From positions 64,001 to 128,000 of the forward strand of contig CAWGKG010000011.1 in the NCBI GenBank assembly GCA_963823035.1: a DNA stretch of 64,000 nucleotides, in the 5' to 3' direction. Position 1 is the first letter of the stretch. Every line of letters begins with the position of its first letter. This stretch comes from an uncultured Gemmatimonadales bacterium. Lineage in GTDB: Bacteria > Gemmatimonadota > Gemmatimonadetes > Longimicrobiales > Gaopeijiaceae. A program made the position numbers and the translations under genes. This document shows positions 34,977-44,501 of this stretch, one piece after another. Below the pieces are notes generated by a model. That model made no database searches. It was not told the DNA's origin and was given only the letters and a program-made list of their open reading frames with translations.

Positions 34977-35027
34977 ACCCGAACATCGACCGAAAGAAGG
35001 ATAACCCGAACGTTGCCCGAAATGCAA
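34977..35027 (-). promoter_or_regulatory. Candidate lexA promoter with two LexA-box-like direct repeats
   Basis: ACCCGAAC-N5-CCGAAA occurs twice (34977-34995 and 35004-35022). The minus strand reads TTGCAT-N18-TATCCT across them. Confidence 0.65.
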
Positions 35028-35861
35028 GGAGCGAACGACCTTCCGGGCATCCTCGCCTCGATCGTGGCGACCAAGCGGGAGGAGTTGGACGCCCTCCGAA
35101 GCGACGCTCGGGGGCTGCGGGCGCGCGCGGGCGACGCACCGCAGGTCCGCGACTTCGCGGCAGCCCTGGGTGGCGGAAGTACGGTCTCGCTGATCGCCGA
35201 GTGCAAGCGCCGCTCGCCGGGGGCGGGCCGGATCCGTCCCGACCTCGACCCGGTGACGCTCGCGCGCGGCTACGAGCGTGCGGGCGCATCCGCGCTCAGC
35301 GTGCTGACCGACCGCACGTACTTTGGCGGTTCGCTCGCGGACCTCGGCGCCGCCCGGGAGGCCACGGGCATCCCCGTGCTGCGCAAGGACTTCACGCTCG
35401 AGCCGATCCAGGTCGCGGAGGCACGCGCGGCCGGTGCGGACGCGGTGCTCCTCATCGTCCGCATCCTCGACGACGCCATGCTGCGGGAGCTCCTCGACGC
35501 CGCGGCATCGTTCGGGATGGCGGCGCTGGTCGAGACGCACGACGTGGGGGAGGTCGGCCGGGCGCTGGGCGCGGGGGCGCGCATCCTCGGCATCAACAAC
35601 CGGGACCTGGCCACCTTCACGACCGACCTCGACACGACCGTCACGCTCCTCGACCGGGTGCCCGACGGCGTGGTCGTGATCTCCGAGAGCGGGATACGAT
35701 CGCCGGACGACGTCGAGGCGCTCGGGCGGGCGGGGGTGGACGCGGTCCTCGTCGGCGAGACCCTCCTGCGGGCCCCGGATCCTTCGGTGGCGGCCGCCGC
35801 CCTCTGCGGCCGGCCGCGGCGTGACCGGGGTGGGGGTGGGGAGGAGAGGGTCGGTGGCTGA
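35022..35861 (+). CDS. trpC: Indole-3-glycerol phosphate synthase
   Basis: IAECKRRSP, SVLTD, LRKDF, GINNRDL, SESGI, LVGE. Confidence 0.96.
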   Translation: MQGANDLPGILASIVATKREELDALRSDARGLRARAGDAPQVRDFAAALGGGSTVSLIAECKRRSPGAGRIRPDLDPVTLARGYERAGASALSVLTDRTYFGGSLADLGAAREATGIPVLRKDFTLEPIQVAEARAAGADAVLLIVRILDDAMLRELLDAAASFGMAALVETHDVGEVGRALGAGARILGINNRDLATFTTDLDTTVTLLDRVPDGVVVISESGIRSPDDVEALGRAGVDAVLVGETLLRAPDPSVAAAALCGRPRRDRGGGGEERVGG

Positions 35862-36549
35862 GTCCCCGCGGGTGAAGATCTGCGGCGTCGTGCGCCCCCG
35901 GGACGCGCTCGCCGCCGAGGCCGCCGGTGCGGACTACGTCGGCGTCGTGGTGTCGGCCGGCTTCGGGCGCAGCGTCGATCCCCGCGACGCGCCCGACGTC
36001 GTCGCCGGTCTGAGCGTCGTGCGCGTGGCGGTCCTCGTGGACGAGGACGCGGACGCCGCTGCCCGTCTCGGGGAGGCGCTGGGGGCGGGCGTGTTGCAGC
36101 TCCACGGCGAGGAGGCCCCGGAGGTGATGGTGGCGCTGCGCGAGCGAGGCCCGTGGAGGCTGTGGAAGAGCGTTCGGGCACGAGAGGCCGCGGATATCCT
36201 GCGCGCCGTGGAGCGCTACGGAGCGCACGTCGACGGGATCCTCGTCGAGGGTCATCGGGAGGGGGTGGTTGGTGGCGGTGGCGCTCGCCTCGACCTCGAC
36301 GCGGTGGCCCAGGTCCGCCCGCTGATCCCGGCCGGGCTCGAGGTGGTGCTGGCGGGCGGACTCACGCCCGACACCGTCGCGGACGCCGCGGCACGCTTCG
36401 CCCCGGACGTGGTAGATGTAAGTTCCGGCGTCGAGCGGGTTCCGCGGGAGAAGGATCTCGCGCTCGTGCGCCGTTTCATCGAGGAGGCGCGGCGGCCGCG
36501 TCCGGCGCGTCCACCATCCCCCAGCACCGGGAGCAGGAGACCATCGTGA
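35854..36549 (+). CDS. trpF: Phosphoribosylanthranilate isomerase
   Basis: [24 protein letters not shown]. Confidence 0.94.
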   Translation: MAESPRVKICGVVRPRDALAAEAAGADYVGVVVSAGFGRSVDPRDAPDVVAGLSVVRVAVLVDEDADAAARLGEALGAGVLQLHGEEAPEVMVALRERGPWRLWKSVRAREAADILRAVERYGAHVDGILVEGHREGVVGGGGARLDLDAVAQVRPLIPAGLEVVLAGGLTPDTVADAAARFAPDVVDVSSGVERVPREKDLALVRRFIEEARRPRPARPPSPSTGSRRPS

Positions 36550-37754
36550 CCGTCAGCGCCGTGAGACCCGGCCGTTTCGGCTCGTTCGGCGGCCGCTACG
36601 TCCCCGAGACGCTCATCCAGGCCCTCGACGAGGTGGAGCGGTCGTTCGCGGACGCCATGGCCGACCCGGCCTTCGTGGCCGAGCTCGAGGGGTTGCTGCG
36701 CGACTTCGTCGGGCGCCCGACCCCCCTGCAGCGCGCCGATCGCCTCGGAGGGGCCGCCGGGCACCCGGCCGTCTACCTGAAGCGCGAGGACCTGAACCAC
36801 ACCGGAGCGCACAAGATCAACAACACGATCGGCCAGGCGCTCCTGGCCCGGCGCATGGGGAAGCGCCGGATCATCGCGGAGACGGGCGCCGGGCAGCACG
36901 GTGTGGCCACCGCGACGGCGTGCGCTCTCTTCGACATGGAGTGCGTGGTCTACATGGGAGAGGAGGATGTGGACCGCCAGGCGCTCAACGTCTATCGCAT
37001 GCAGCTCCTCGGCGCGGAGGTGCGGCCGGTCGGTTCGGGCACGCGTACGCTCAAGGACGCTACGAACGAGGCCATCCGCGACTGGGTGACCAACGTCGAG
37101 TCGACGCACTACGTGATCGGCTCCGTGGTCGGTCCGGACCCCTTCCCGCGCATGGTGCGCGACTTCCAGTCGGTGATAGGACGCGAGGCGCGCCAACAGA
37201 TGCTCGACGTGGCGGGCCGCCTTCCGGGTGTCGTGGTGGCCTGCGTCGGGGGAGGCTCCAACGCGATGGGGATCTTCCACGCCTTCGTGCCCGACGAGGG
37301 TGTTCGACTCGTGGGCGTCGAGGCGGCCGGGGAAGGACTCGGGAGCGGGCGCCATTCGGCCTCGCTCGCGGCCGGCCGGCCCGGTGTCCTGCACGGCTCC
37401 CTGAGCTATCTTCTCCAGGACTCCGATGGCCAGGTGGCGCCGGCCCACTCCGTCTCTGCGGGGCTGGACTACCCAGGCGTCGGACCCGAGCACTCCTACC
37501 TCAAGGACTCGGGACGGGCTACGTATACCTCGGTCACCGATGCGGAGGCCCTCGATGCGTTCCATCGGACGGCGAGGCTGGAGGGCATCATCCCCGCGCT
37601 CGAATCCGCCCACGCAGTTGCGTGGGTGCTCCGTGAGGCCGCAGGATACGCCGAATCCGGACCCGTTCTCGTTTGCCTGTCGGGGCGAGGGGACAAGGAC
37701 GTGGAGCACGTGTCCCGAATCGAGGGCCGCGAGGTGGTGGCCAGGCGCGACTGA
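36546..37754 (+). CDS. trpB: Tryptophan synthase beta chain
   Basis: [51 protein letters not shown]. Confidence 0.97.
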   Translation: MTVSAVRPGRFGSFGGRYVPETLIQALDEVERSFADAMADPAFVAELEGLLRDFVGRPTPLQRADRLGGAAGHPAVYLKREDLNHTGAHKINNTIGQALLARRMGKRRIIAETGAGQHGVATATACALFDMECVVYMGEEDVDRQALNVYRMQLLGAEVRPVGSGTRTLKDATNEAIRDWVTNVESTHYVIGSVVGPDPFPRMVRDFQSVIGREARQQMLDVAGRLPGVVVACVGGGSNAMGIFHAFVPDEGVRLVGVEAAGEGLGSGRHSASLAAGRPGVLHGSLSYLLQDSDGQVAPAHSVSAGLDYPGVGPEHSYLKDSGRATYTSVTDAEALDAFHRTARLEGIIPALESAHAVAWVLREAAGYAESGPVLVCLSGRGDKDVEHVSRIEGREVVARRD

Positions 37755-37760
37755 GGAAGG

Positions 37761-39502
37761 ATGACCGAGCTCGAATCGAAAGCCGGTGGCTCGATGGACG
37801 AGGCCGTGGGATGGAGCGATGTGGAAGAAGCTCCGTTCGCACGGGTGCGCGAGTTGTTCGTCGTCCTCGGGCAAGGCCTTCCGTGCCTACCAGCTCTACG
37901 ACGAGAACAACCCGGTCCGCCACCGTTTCGTCGAGAGCCTGCGTCAGGCCTTCGCCGGGCCTGTGGACGGAGGTCGACAAGCTCACCCTGGCGGTCGAGG
38001 AGGACCGCATCCTCCTGGCCGGCGAGGAGATCTACAGGGCCGAGGTACGTGGCGACTCCCTCGCCTTCCTCTTCTACAAGGACGGGGTGCGCGAGATCAC
38101 CTTCCTCCCGGGGATCGAGACCGACGAGATCCTCCCGTTCCTGGGCGTCCTCCAGCGCGCGCGCAAGCTCCTCCCCGAGGGCGACGACCTCCTCACCGTG
38201 CTCTGGGAGGAGGATCTCCAGCACTTCCAGTACCAGTACGTGGACTTCCTCGCCGAGGGCGTCTCGCTCCCGGTGGCGGGCGCAGGCGCCACGACGCAGG
38301 AGCTGCAGGGCGTCCTGAGCGCGGAGCTGGAGGACGAGAACGACAAGCAGGCGGCGGCGGCCCGGCAGGCCGCTTCGTCGGTCGCCCAGTCCGTCAATCG
38401 CGACGACTTCAACCCCACGCTGTACGCGCTGGACCCGCGCGAGATGCAGGTACTCAAGTCGGAGCTGCACAAGGAGCTGCATCGAGACCTGCGCGGCGAC
38501 GTCCTGTCCGCCCTCTTCGACCGGCTGGAGGAGCCCGAGCGCCGCGACCGGCAGCTCGAGATCCTCGGCATCCTGAAGACCCTCCTCCCCAACTTCCTCA
38601 GCCGCGGAGCCCTGACGGCGGCGACGCGCGTGCTCGAGGAGCTCCGCAAGCTCGAGAACCGCCCCGAGGTCTTCGACGAGGAGCGGCTGGCCACGTCGCG
38701 TGCCCTTCTCGACGAGGTCAGCGCCCCGGAAGCGATCTCCGAGCTGATCCAGGCGCTCTACGACGGCACGGTTCGCGCGACACCGCAGCAGCTCGCGGTC
38801 TTCCTCCGTTTCCTTCGCGCGGGTGCACTCTCGCCCCTCCTGCGCGCCGCAGAGACGGTGGAGCACAAGGAGCTGAGGGCGGTGCTGCGCACTGCCGTGC
38901 ACGGCATCGCGGAGCGGAACCGCGGGGCCGTGGTCCGGCTCCTCGAGGAGCCCGATCCGATCATCGCCGCGGGGGCCGCGCGCCTGGCCGGCGACATCCA
39001 GATCGCGGAGGCGGGTCCGTCGCTTGCCCACCTCCTCGCGCATCCCGACGCCTCCGTACGCCTCGCGGCCGTGGAGGCGGCCGTGAGCCTGAAGGCGTCG
39101 ACCGCCGCGGGGGCCCTGCAGCACACGCTGAACGACCCGGAGCGGGACGTACGCATCGCGGCCGCCCGCGCGCTCGGGGCGCTGCGCTACGCGCCCGCGG
39201 CGAAGAAGCTCGCCGAGATCCTCGCCAGCAAGGAGATACGCGTCGCGGACATCTCCGAGAAGGTGGCCTTCTTCGAAGCCTACGGCATGGTGGCCGGCGA
39301 CGAGGCCGTGAGGCCGCTCGACAAGCTCCTCAACGGGAAGGGGTTCCTGGGCAAGCGTGAGCCTCCGGAGATCCGCGCGGCGGCGGCACTGGCTCTGGGC
39401 AAGGTCCCCGGGGCGGAGGCACGCGCCTCGCTGAACAGGGCGGCCCGCGAGGAGGATCCCGTGGTGCGCAGCGCGGTGAACCGCGCCCTGAGGAGCGAGT
39501 GA
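37761..39502 (+). CDS. HEAT-repeat protein with an uncharacterised N-terminal domain (+1 frameshifts near 37872 and 37960)
   Basis: C-terminal HEAT-like repeats (DASVRLAAVEA, ERDVRIAAARALG, EIRAAAALALG, DPVVRSA). N-terminus rebuilt across three frames. Confidence 0.85.
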
Positions 39503-39506
39503 CGTC

Positions 39507-40931
39507 ATGACGGACGGCACGCGCTTGAACCTCCAGGAGGAGGGACGGAAGGTCCTCACGGCCTTCTACGGAGCCCTCTCCGCGCTGAAGCTCTATCCGC
39601 TCGAGAACGCCGCAGTCCAGCAGGCACTGGACGAGCTGCACGCCCTCGTGGACCATATCGTGGGGCTCGAGGGCGGCGCGGAGGTGCGCGTCGTGGGGGA
39701 CTTCTTCTTCCTCAACGAGACCCGCCTGCGCCTGGACCTCTCGAACTTCTCGACCTTCGGCTCGTTCGCGCGTGCCCTGCAGGACCACGGCATCGGCGCC
39801 GTCGAGATCCGGCAGGGCGTCGACCGCGCGGAGTGGGCGCCGTTCCTCTCGATCCTCCTGCGCAAGCCGGGAGGGGAGGACCCCTTCGAGTCCTTCATGC
39901 AGCGGCTGGCGTCCACGCCCGTGCGCAGTCTGGAGCTGCGCCCCGAGCGTGAGGTGGCGGAGCCGGAGAAGTCCGAGGAGGAGCTCACCGCGGCGAAGCG
40001 CACGTATGCCCAGTCGGTGCAGGTCGCGAAGGACGCGCTGGGCGACGTGCGCCTCGGGAAGGCCGTGAACGTCCGCAAGGTCAAGCGCGCCGTGCAGGGC
40101 ATCGTGGATCAGGTGCTGTCCAGCGAGACGTCCATGGTCACGATGACCACGCTGCGCGACTTCGACGAGTACACGTTCACGCACTGCGTCAACGTGTGCA
40201 TCTTCAGCGTGATCATCGGCCAGCGGCTCGGGCTGGAGAAGCTGCACCTCTACGATCTCGGGCTGGGTGCGCTGCTCCACGACATCGGCAAGCAGCGCGT
40301 CGACCGCGACATCATCAACAAGCCGGGCGGCCTCACCGACGTGGAATGGGCCGAGCTCAGGGAGCACACGACCGAGGGCCTCCTCGTGCTCTTCAAGCTG
40401 CACGGCTTCACGGACGTGCCGTACCGCCAGATGTTGATGGCCTACGAGCATCACATGAAGGTGGACCTGGCGGGCTATCCGACGAACAAGCGGCCGCGCG
40501 ATCCCACGCTCTTCTCGCGCATCGTCGCGGTGGCCGACGCCTTCGACGCGGGCACCTCGGTGCGCAGCTACCAGTACGAACCCTGGCCGCCGGACGCCGT
40601 CCTCCGCGAGATGCGAGACAACCCCAAGCGCGGGTTCGATCCCCTCCTCGTGAAGGCGCTGATCACCGCGACGGGCGTGTATCCGATCGGGACGTTGGTG
40701 ATCCTGGACACGCACGAGCTCGCCGTGGTGTCCGACGTCAACAAGGACCCCGACTTCCTGCACCGCCCAAAGGTGAAGGTGATCTCGGACCCGCTCGGCG
40801 TGCCCCTCCTGGAGGCCGTCACCCTGGACCTGGCGAAGGACGACCCCGCCACCGGCGCGCCCGTGCGCTCGATCATCAAGACCACCGACCCGCAGAAGTA
40901 CGGCATCCGGGTGAGCGACTACCTGGTTTGA
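39507..40931 (+). CDS. HD-GYP domain protein
   Basis: YTFTHCVNV, LLHDIGK, NKPGGLT, EHH...GYP, VADAFDA. Confidence 0.9.
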   Translation: MTDGTRLNLQEEGRKVLTAFYGALSALKLYPLENAAVQQALDELHALVDHIVGLEGGAEVRVVGDFFFLNETRLRLDLSNFSTFGSFARALQDHGIGAVEIRQGVDRAEWAPFLSILLRKPGGEDPFESFMQRLASTPVRSLELRPEREVAEPEKSEEELTAAKRTYAQSVQVAKDALGDVRLGKAVNVRKVKRAVQGIVDQVLSSETSMVTMTTLRDFDEYTFTHCVNVCIFSVIIGQRLGLEKLHLYDLGLGALLHDIGKQRVDRDIINKPGGLTDVEWAELREHTTEGLLVLFKLHGFTDVPYRQMLMAYEHHMKVDLAGYPTNKRPRDPTLFSRIVAVADAFDAGTSVRSYQYEPWPPDAVLREMRDNPKRGFDPLLVKALITATGVYPIGTLVILDTHELAVVSDVNKDPDFLHRPKVKVISDPLGVPLLEAVTLDLAKDDPATGAPVRSIIKTTDPQKYGIRVSDYLV

Positions 40932-41723
40932 GCGCGTCGACCCTCACCGAGGCCTTCTCCCGCCAGCGAGGGCGGGGGAAGGCGGCGCTCATCCCCTACG
41001 TGACAGCGGGCCATCCCCGGCCCGGCGCCGACGGTGGAGCTCCTGCAAGCGGTGGCGGACGCGGGCGCCGACGTGCTCGAGCTGGGCGTCCCCTTCTCGG
41101 ACCCCCTTGCGGACGGACCGACGATCCAGCGCTCGTCCTTCGCCTCCCTCTCCGGGGGCACCACGCTGGCGCGCGTGCTCGACGACCTGGCGGCGTTCCG
41201 GGCGAGCCGTCCGACCCCCGTGGTGCTCTTCACCTACCTCAACCCGGTCCTGCGCTACGGCGTGGATCGCTTCCTGACGGAAGCCGTGAAGGCGGGCGCG
41301 CAGGGCCTCCTGGTGACCGACCTGCCGGCGGGTGCGGATCCCGAGCTCGAAGAGCGGATCCGCGCCTCGGCGCTCGACCTGATCCGGCTGGTGGCGCCCA
41401 CCACCCTGCCGGAGCGGGTACCCGAGGTGGCGGCGGGCGGCTCCGGCTTCCTCTACTACATCTCGAGGACCGGAGTCACGGGCGCGCGCACCTCGATGCG
41501 GGAGAGCCTGGGGGAGGAGGTCGGGCGCATCCGGGCGGCGGTGTCCCTCCCGGTGGCCGTGGGTTTCGGGATTTCGACCCCCGACCAGGCGCGCACGGTC
41601 GCGGCCGTCGCGGACGGCGTGGTGGTGGGCAGCGCGCTCGTCCAGCGACTCGAGGAAGGTGGCGTGGCGGCCGGCGCGGATTTCGTGCGCGCGCTCCGGG
41701 CCGGGATGGACGAGGGCCGCTAG
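40928..41723 (+). CDS. trpA: Tryptophan synthase alpha chain (+1 frameshift near 41030)
   Basis: ALIPYVTAGHP, then ELGVPFSDPLADGPTIQ, GVTG, GFGIS, VVGSA. TTG overlaps the HD-GYP stop. Confidence 0.94.
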
Positions 41724-41734
41724 TCCGGCGCGCG

Positions 41735-43387
41735 TCAGCGATCGGCGAGCCGCTCATCGAGGGTGGGATCCGGCTCCACGAACACCGTGCGCACCCGGTC
41801 CGGAACCACCGAGCCCGGCGCCGAGCCTCTCGGCTTGCGCACGTACTTGCGCAGCGTCCAGTCGACGGGCACGGTCCCGGAGCTGCGGGCCCGGGAGTGG
41901 AGGGCGGCCAGGACCGCGGCCTCGTGGAGATCCCGGGCTGGAGGGTTCCCCGGCTGCGCCCAGCGCAGGACCACGTGCGCCCCCGCCGCATGGCGCGCGT
42001 GCATCCAGATGTCGTCGGGCGCGGCGTGGTGGAAGGTCAGGTCGTCGTTGGTGCGCGCACCGCGACCCACGCGGATCTCCAGGCCGCCGGAGCTGCGGTA
42101 GACGCGGTACGGGAGTGAGGCGCCCTCTCCGTCGCGACGGCCGGGGGTCCTCGGGGCAGGAGGGAGGGCGGCGTCGAGGTCCTCGGCGGTGGCGTCGCCG
42201 GCGCGCGCGCGCTCCAGCAGTTCCACCAGCCTCGCCGCCTCGGCCTCCGCGGCGCGCAGAAGCCCCGGGAGGCGCTCCCGCGCGCGGTCGGCGCGCGCCG
42301 CGCGGTCGTAGCATGCCGCAGCGTTCTCCTGGACGGCGAGGGTCGGGTCCAGCGGGAGGGTGACCGTGTTCCCCGTGAAGTCGACGAGCTGCACCGTATC
42401 CGCCCCGGCAGGTACCTCCCCGAACCGGGCCAGGAGGAGATCTCCCCGCGCGCGCAGGGTCTCGGCGTCCTCGGTGGCATCCAGCTCCGCCTGCAGGCTC
42501 GTCACGCGGCGTAGCGCCGTGTCTACCGCCCGCTCCAACGTGTCGACGCGCTCGGGCGGGAGGGTAGCGGCGCCGGCGGCCGCTCCGGCGTCGGGGGCCT
42601 GACGCTCCGTCCAGAGGCGAAAGGCGTCGAGAAGGGTCGGCGTCTCCTCGTGCGCGTATCCCGCGAGCGGCCAGGGGTAGGGCTGGAAGGTCCCGTTCCG
42701 GTCGAGCAGGCAGGGTGCCTGGGGGAGGCGCCCGTGCGCGATCACCTGCCAGCGCTCCCACCCGCGGCGCAGCGCGCCGTCGGGATCGTCGTCCGCGTCG
42801 ACGAGCGCGGGGGCGTTCACCGGGGAGGTCCACGCCACCGACCGGACGAGCGCGCGCGCACGGTCCGGTGGGGGGGCCGCCGCGAGGAGCTCCTGCCAGC
42901 GTGCCCACGACAGCGGCGCCTCCGTACCCTCGCGGTCGGAGGAGGGGGGAGCGGTGTAGACGCCACCGACCCTGGCGGGGCGTTTCCCCTCTCGCCGCAC
43001 GAGCACGTGGCGGATGCGCGCCTCCGGCCCCTCGGTCACGACGGCGTTCCACTGGTTGCCCAGCAGCTCGACGATCACGTCCCGCGACGGGTGCGCACGA
43101 CCCGGGAGGAGCTCGAACACCAGGATCCGCTCGTCCGCGGGGGCTCGCACGCCCCGCACTCGCGCGCGAAGCGGGAGGTCCGTCGGGGCCGGGTCCGCGG
43201 CGGGGAGGAGAAGGGGTGCACCGTGCGTGGGGTGGAGCGGCCAGGCGAGGGTGGCCTCGCGAAAGAGGAGCACCAGCTCACGCGTGGCGCCGTCCAGGCG
43301 GATTGCGCGAAGCCGGGCGCCGGCCAGACGCTCGTGCAGCGCTTCGGCCAGCGCGCGTACCAGGAGGGGGTCCCAACGGAGTGGCAT
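41735..43387 (-). CDS. NFACT/Rqc2-family ribosome quality control protein (RqcH-like)
   Basis: NFACT-N (ELLGNQWN), coiled region (LDPTL..QENA), NFACT-R (VGRGARTNDDLTF, WMHAR, GAHVV, VDWTLRKYVRKP). Confidence 0.88.
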   Translation of the reverse strand: MPLRWDPLLVRALAEALHERLAGARLRAIRLDGATRELVLLFREATLAWPLHPTHGAPLLLPAADPAPTDLPLRARVRGVRAPADERILVFELLPGRAHPSRDVIVELLGNQWNAVVTEGPEARIRHVLVRREGKRPARVGGVYTAPPSSDREGTEAPLSWARWQELLAAAPPPDRARALVRSVAWTSPVNAPALVDADDDPDGALRRGWERWQVIAHGRLPQAPCLLDRNGTFQPYPWPLAGYAHEETPTLLDAFRLWTERQAPDAGAAAGAATLPPERVDTLERAVDTALRRVTSLQAELDATEDAETLRARGDLLLARFGEVPAGADTVQLVDFTGNTVTLPLDPTLAVQENAAACYDRAARADRARERLPGLLRAAEAEAARLVELLERARAGDATAEDLDAALPPAPRTPGRRDGEGASLPYRVYRSSGGLEIRVGRGARTNDDLTFHHAAPDDIWMHARHAAGAHVVLRWAQPGNPPARDLHEAAVLAALHSRARSSGTVPVDWTLRKYVRKPRGSAPGSVVPDRVRTVFVEPDPTLDERLADR

Positions 43388-43520
43388 GGGTCGAAGCTAA
43401 TCGGGACGCTCGGGCGACGCCCCTCCCGCGGTGGGTCGCCTGCCCCCATGTTTGGCTGCCCGGGCCGCTCGTGGTGGGCGGATCCTCCCGGCGGGCACCA
43501 CGGAGGACGCTTGTCCTTTT

Positions 43521-43601
43521 TTCACCACAGAGGACGCAGAGGACGCAGAGACATTTCTTTTCATTGTGGTTCTCTGCGACCTCAGCGTCCTCCGTGGTGA
43601 A
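43521..43601. repeat. Imperfect palindrome with 31-bp arms built from 9-nt units (REP-like)
   Basis: Arms 43521-43551 and 43571-43601 pair at 28 of 31 positions around a 19-nt T-rich loop. AGGACGCAG is tandemly repeated. Confidence 0.85.
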
Positions 43602-43657
43602 TAGCAGTAGTGAGCCTTACCACAACCACTTAGACATGACGACCTAAAGCGATTTCT

Positions 43658-44485
43658 ATGCCCCAGGAAGCCAGCCCTACCCCCCGTCCGCCCACCGTCC
43701 GCCGCTTCCTCGAGATGAAGCGCGAGCGTCGCCCCATCGTGGCGATGACGGCCTACGACGTGCTCTTCGCACGCCTGCTCGAGGAGGCCGGCGTCGACCT
43801 GATCCTGGTGGGGGACTCCCTCGGACGCGCGGTGCTCGGCTACGACTCGACCGTTCCGGTCACGATGGACGAGATGATCCATCACACCCGGGCGGTGAAG
43901 CGCGGCGCGCCCGGCACCGTGGTCGTGCTCGACATGCCGTTCCTGAGCTACCAGCTCTCCGCGGAGGACGCCGTGCGCAACGCCGGGCGCGCCCTGAAGG
44001 AGGCCGGCGCGGACGCCGTGAAGGTCGAGGGTGGGCACGAGCGGACCTGCGCGGCTGTCGCGGCGCTGGTGGCGGTGGGCATCCCGGTGATGGGCCACAT
44101 CGGCCTCGTGCCGCAGTCCGCCCATGCGCTGGACGCCGACGGGGGCTCCGGAGACGCGGCGGAGGAGCGGGTGCGCTCGGAGGCGCTGGCGCTCGAGCGG
44201 GCCGGTGTCTTCGGGATGGTGCTGGAGACGCTCCCGCCCGCGCTCGCGAGCGACGTCACGGCCTCCGTCACCGTGCCGACGTTCGGGATCGGAAGCGGAC
44301 CCCACTGCGACGGGCAGGTCCAGGTGCTGTACGACGCGCTGGGCTTGAGCCTGGCCGCCTCTCCGAAGGTGCCCAAGCGCTTCGCCTCCCTCCACGACGT
44401 CGCTCTCGACGGATTGCGGGCGTTCGCGCAGGAGGTGAGGGCCGGGACCTACCCTGCCGGCACCTCGGACGGCGCGCGGGAATGA
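43658..44485 (+). CDS. panB: 3-methyl-2-oxobutanoate hydroxymethyltransferase
   Basis: MTAYD, LVGDSLG, DMPFLSY, VKVEGG, MGHIGL, GIGSG, DGQV. Confidence 0.93.
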   Translation: MPQEASPTPRPPTVRRFLEMKRERRPIVAMTAYDVLFARLLEEAGVDLILVGDSLGRAVLGYDSTVPVTMDEMIHHTRAVKRGAPGTVVVLDMPFLSYQLSAEDAVRNAGRALKEAGADAVKVEGGHERTCAAVAALVAVGIPVMGHIGLVPQSAHALDADGGSGDAAEERVRSEALALERAGVFGMVLETLPPALASDVTASVTVPTFGIGSGPHCDGQVQVLYDALGLSLAASPKVPKRFASLHDVALDGLRAFAQEVRAGTYPAGTSDGARE

Positions 44486-44501
44486 ACGGCGCGCATCGTC
44501 G

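Noticed and set aside
43496..43601. CRISPR array or transposon end
   Set aside because: There is no repeat-spacer periodicity and no cas or transposase gene in the window.
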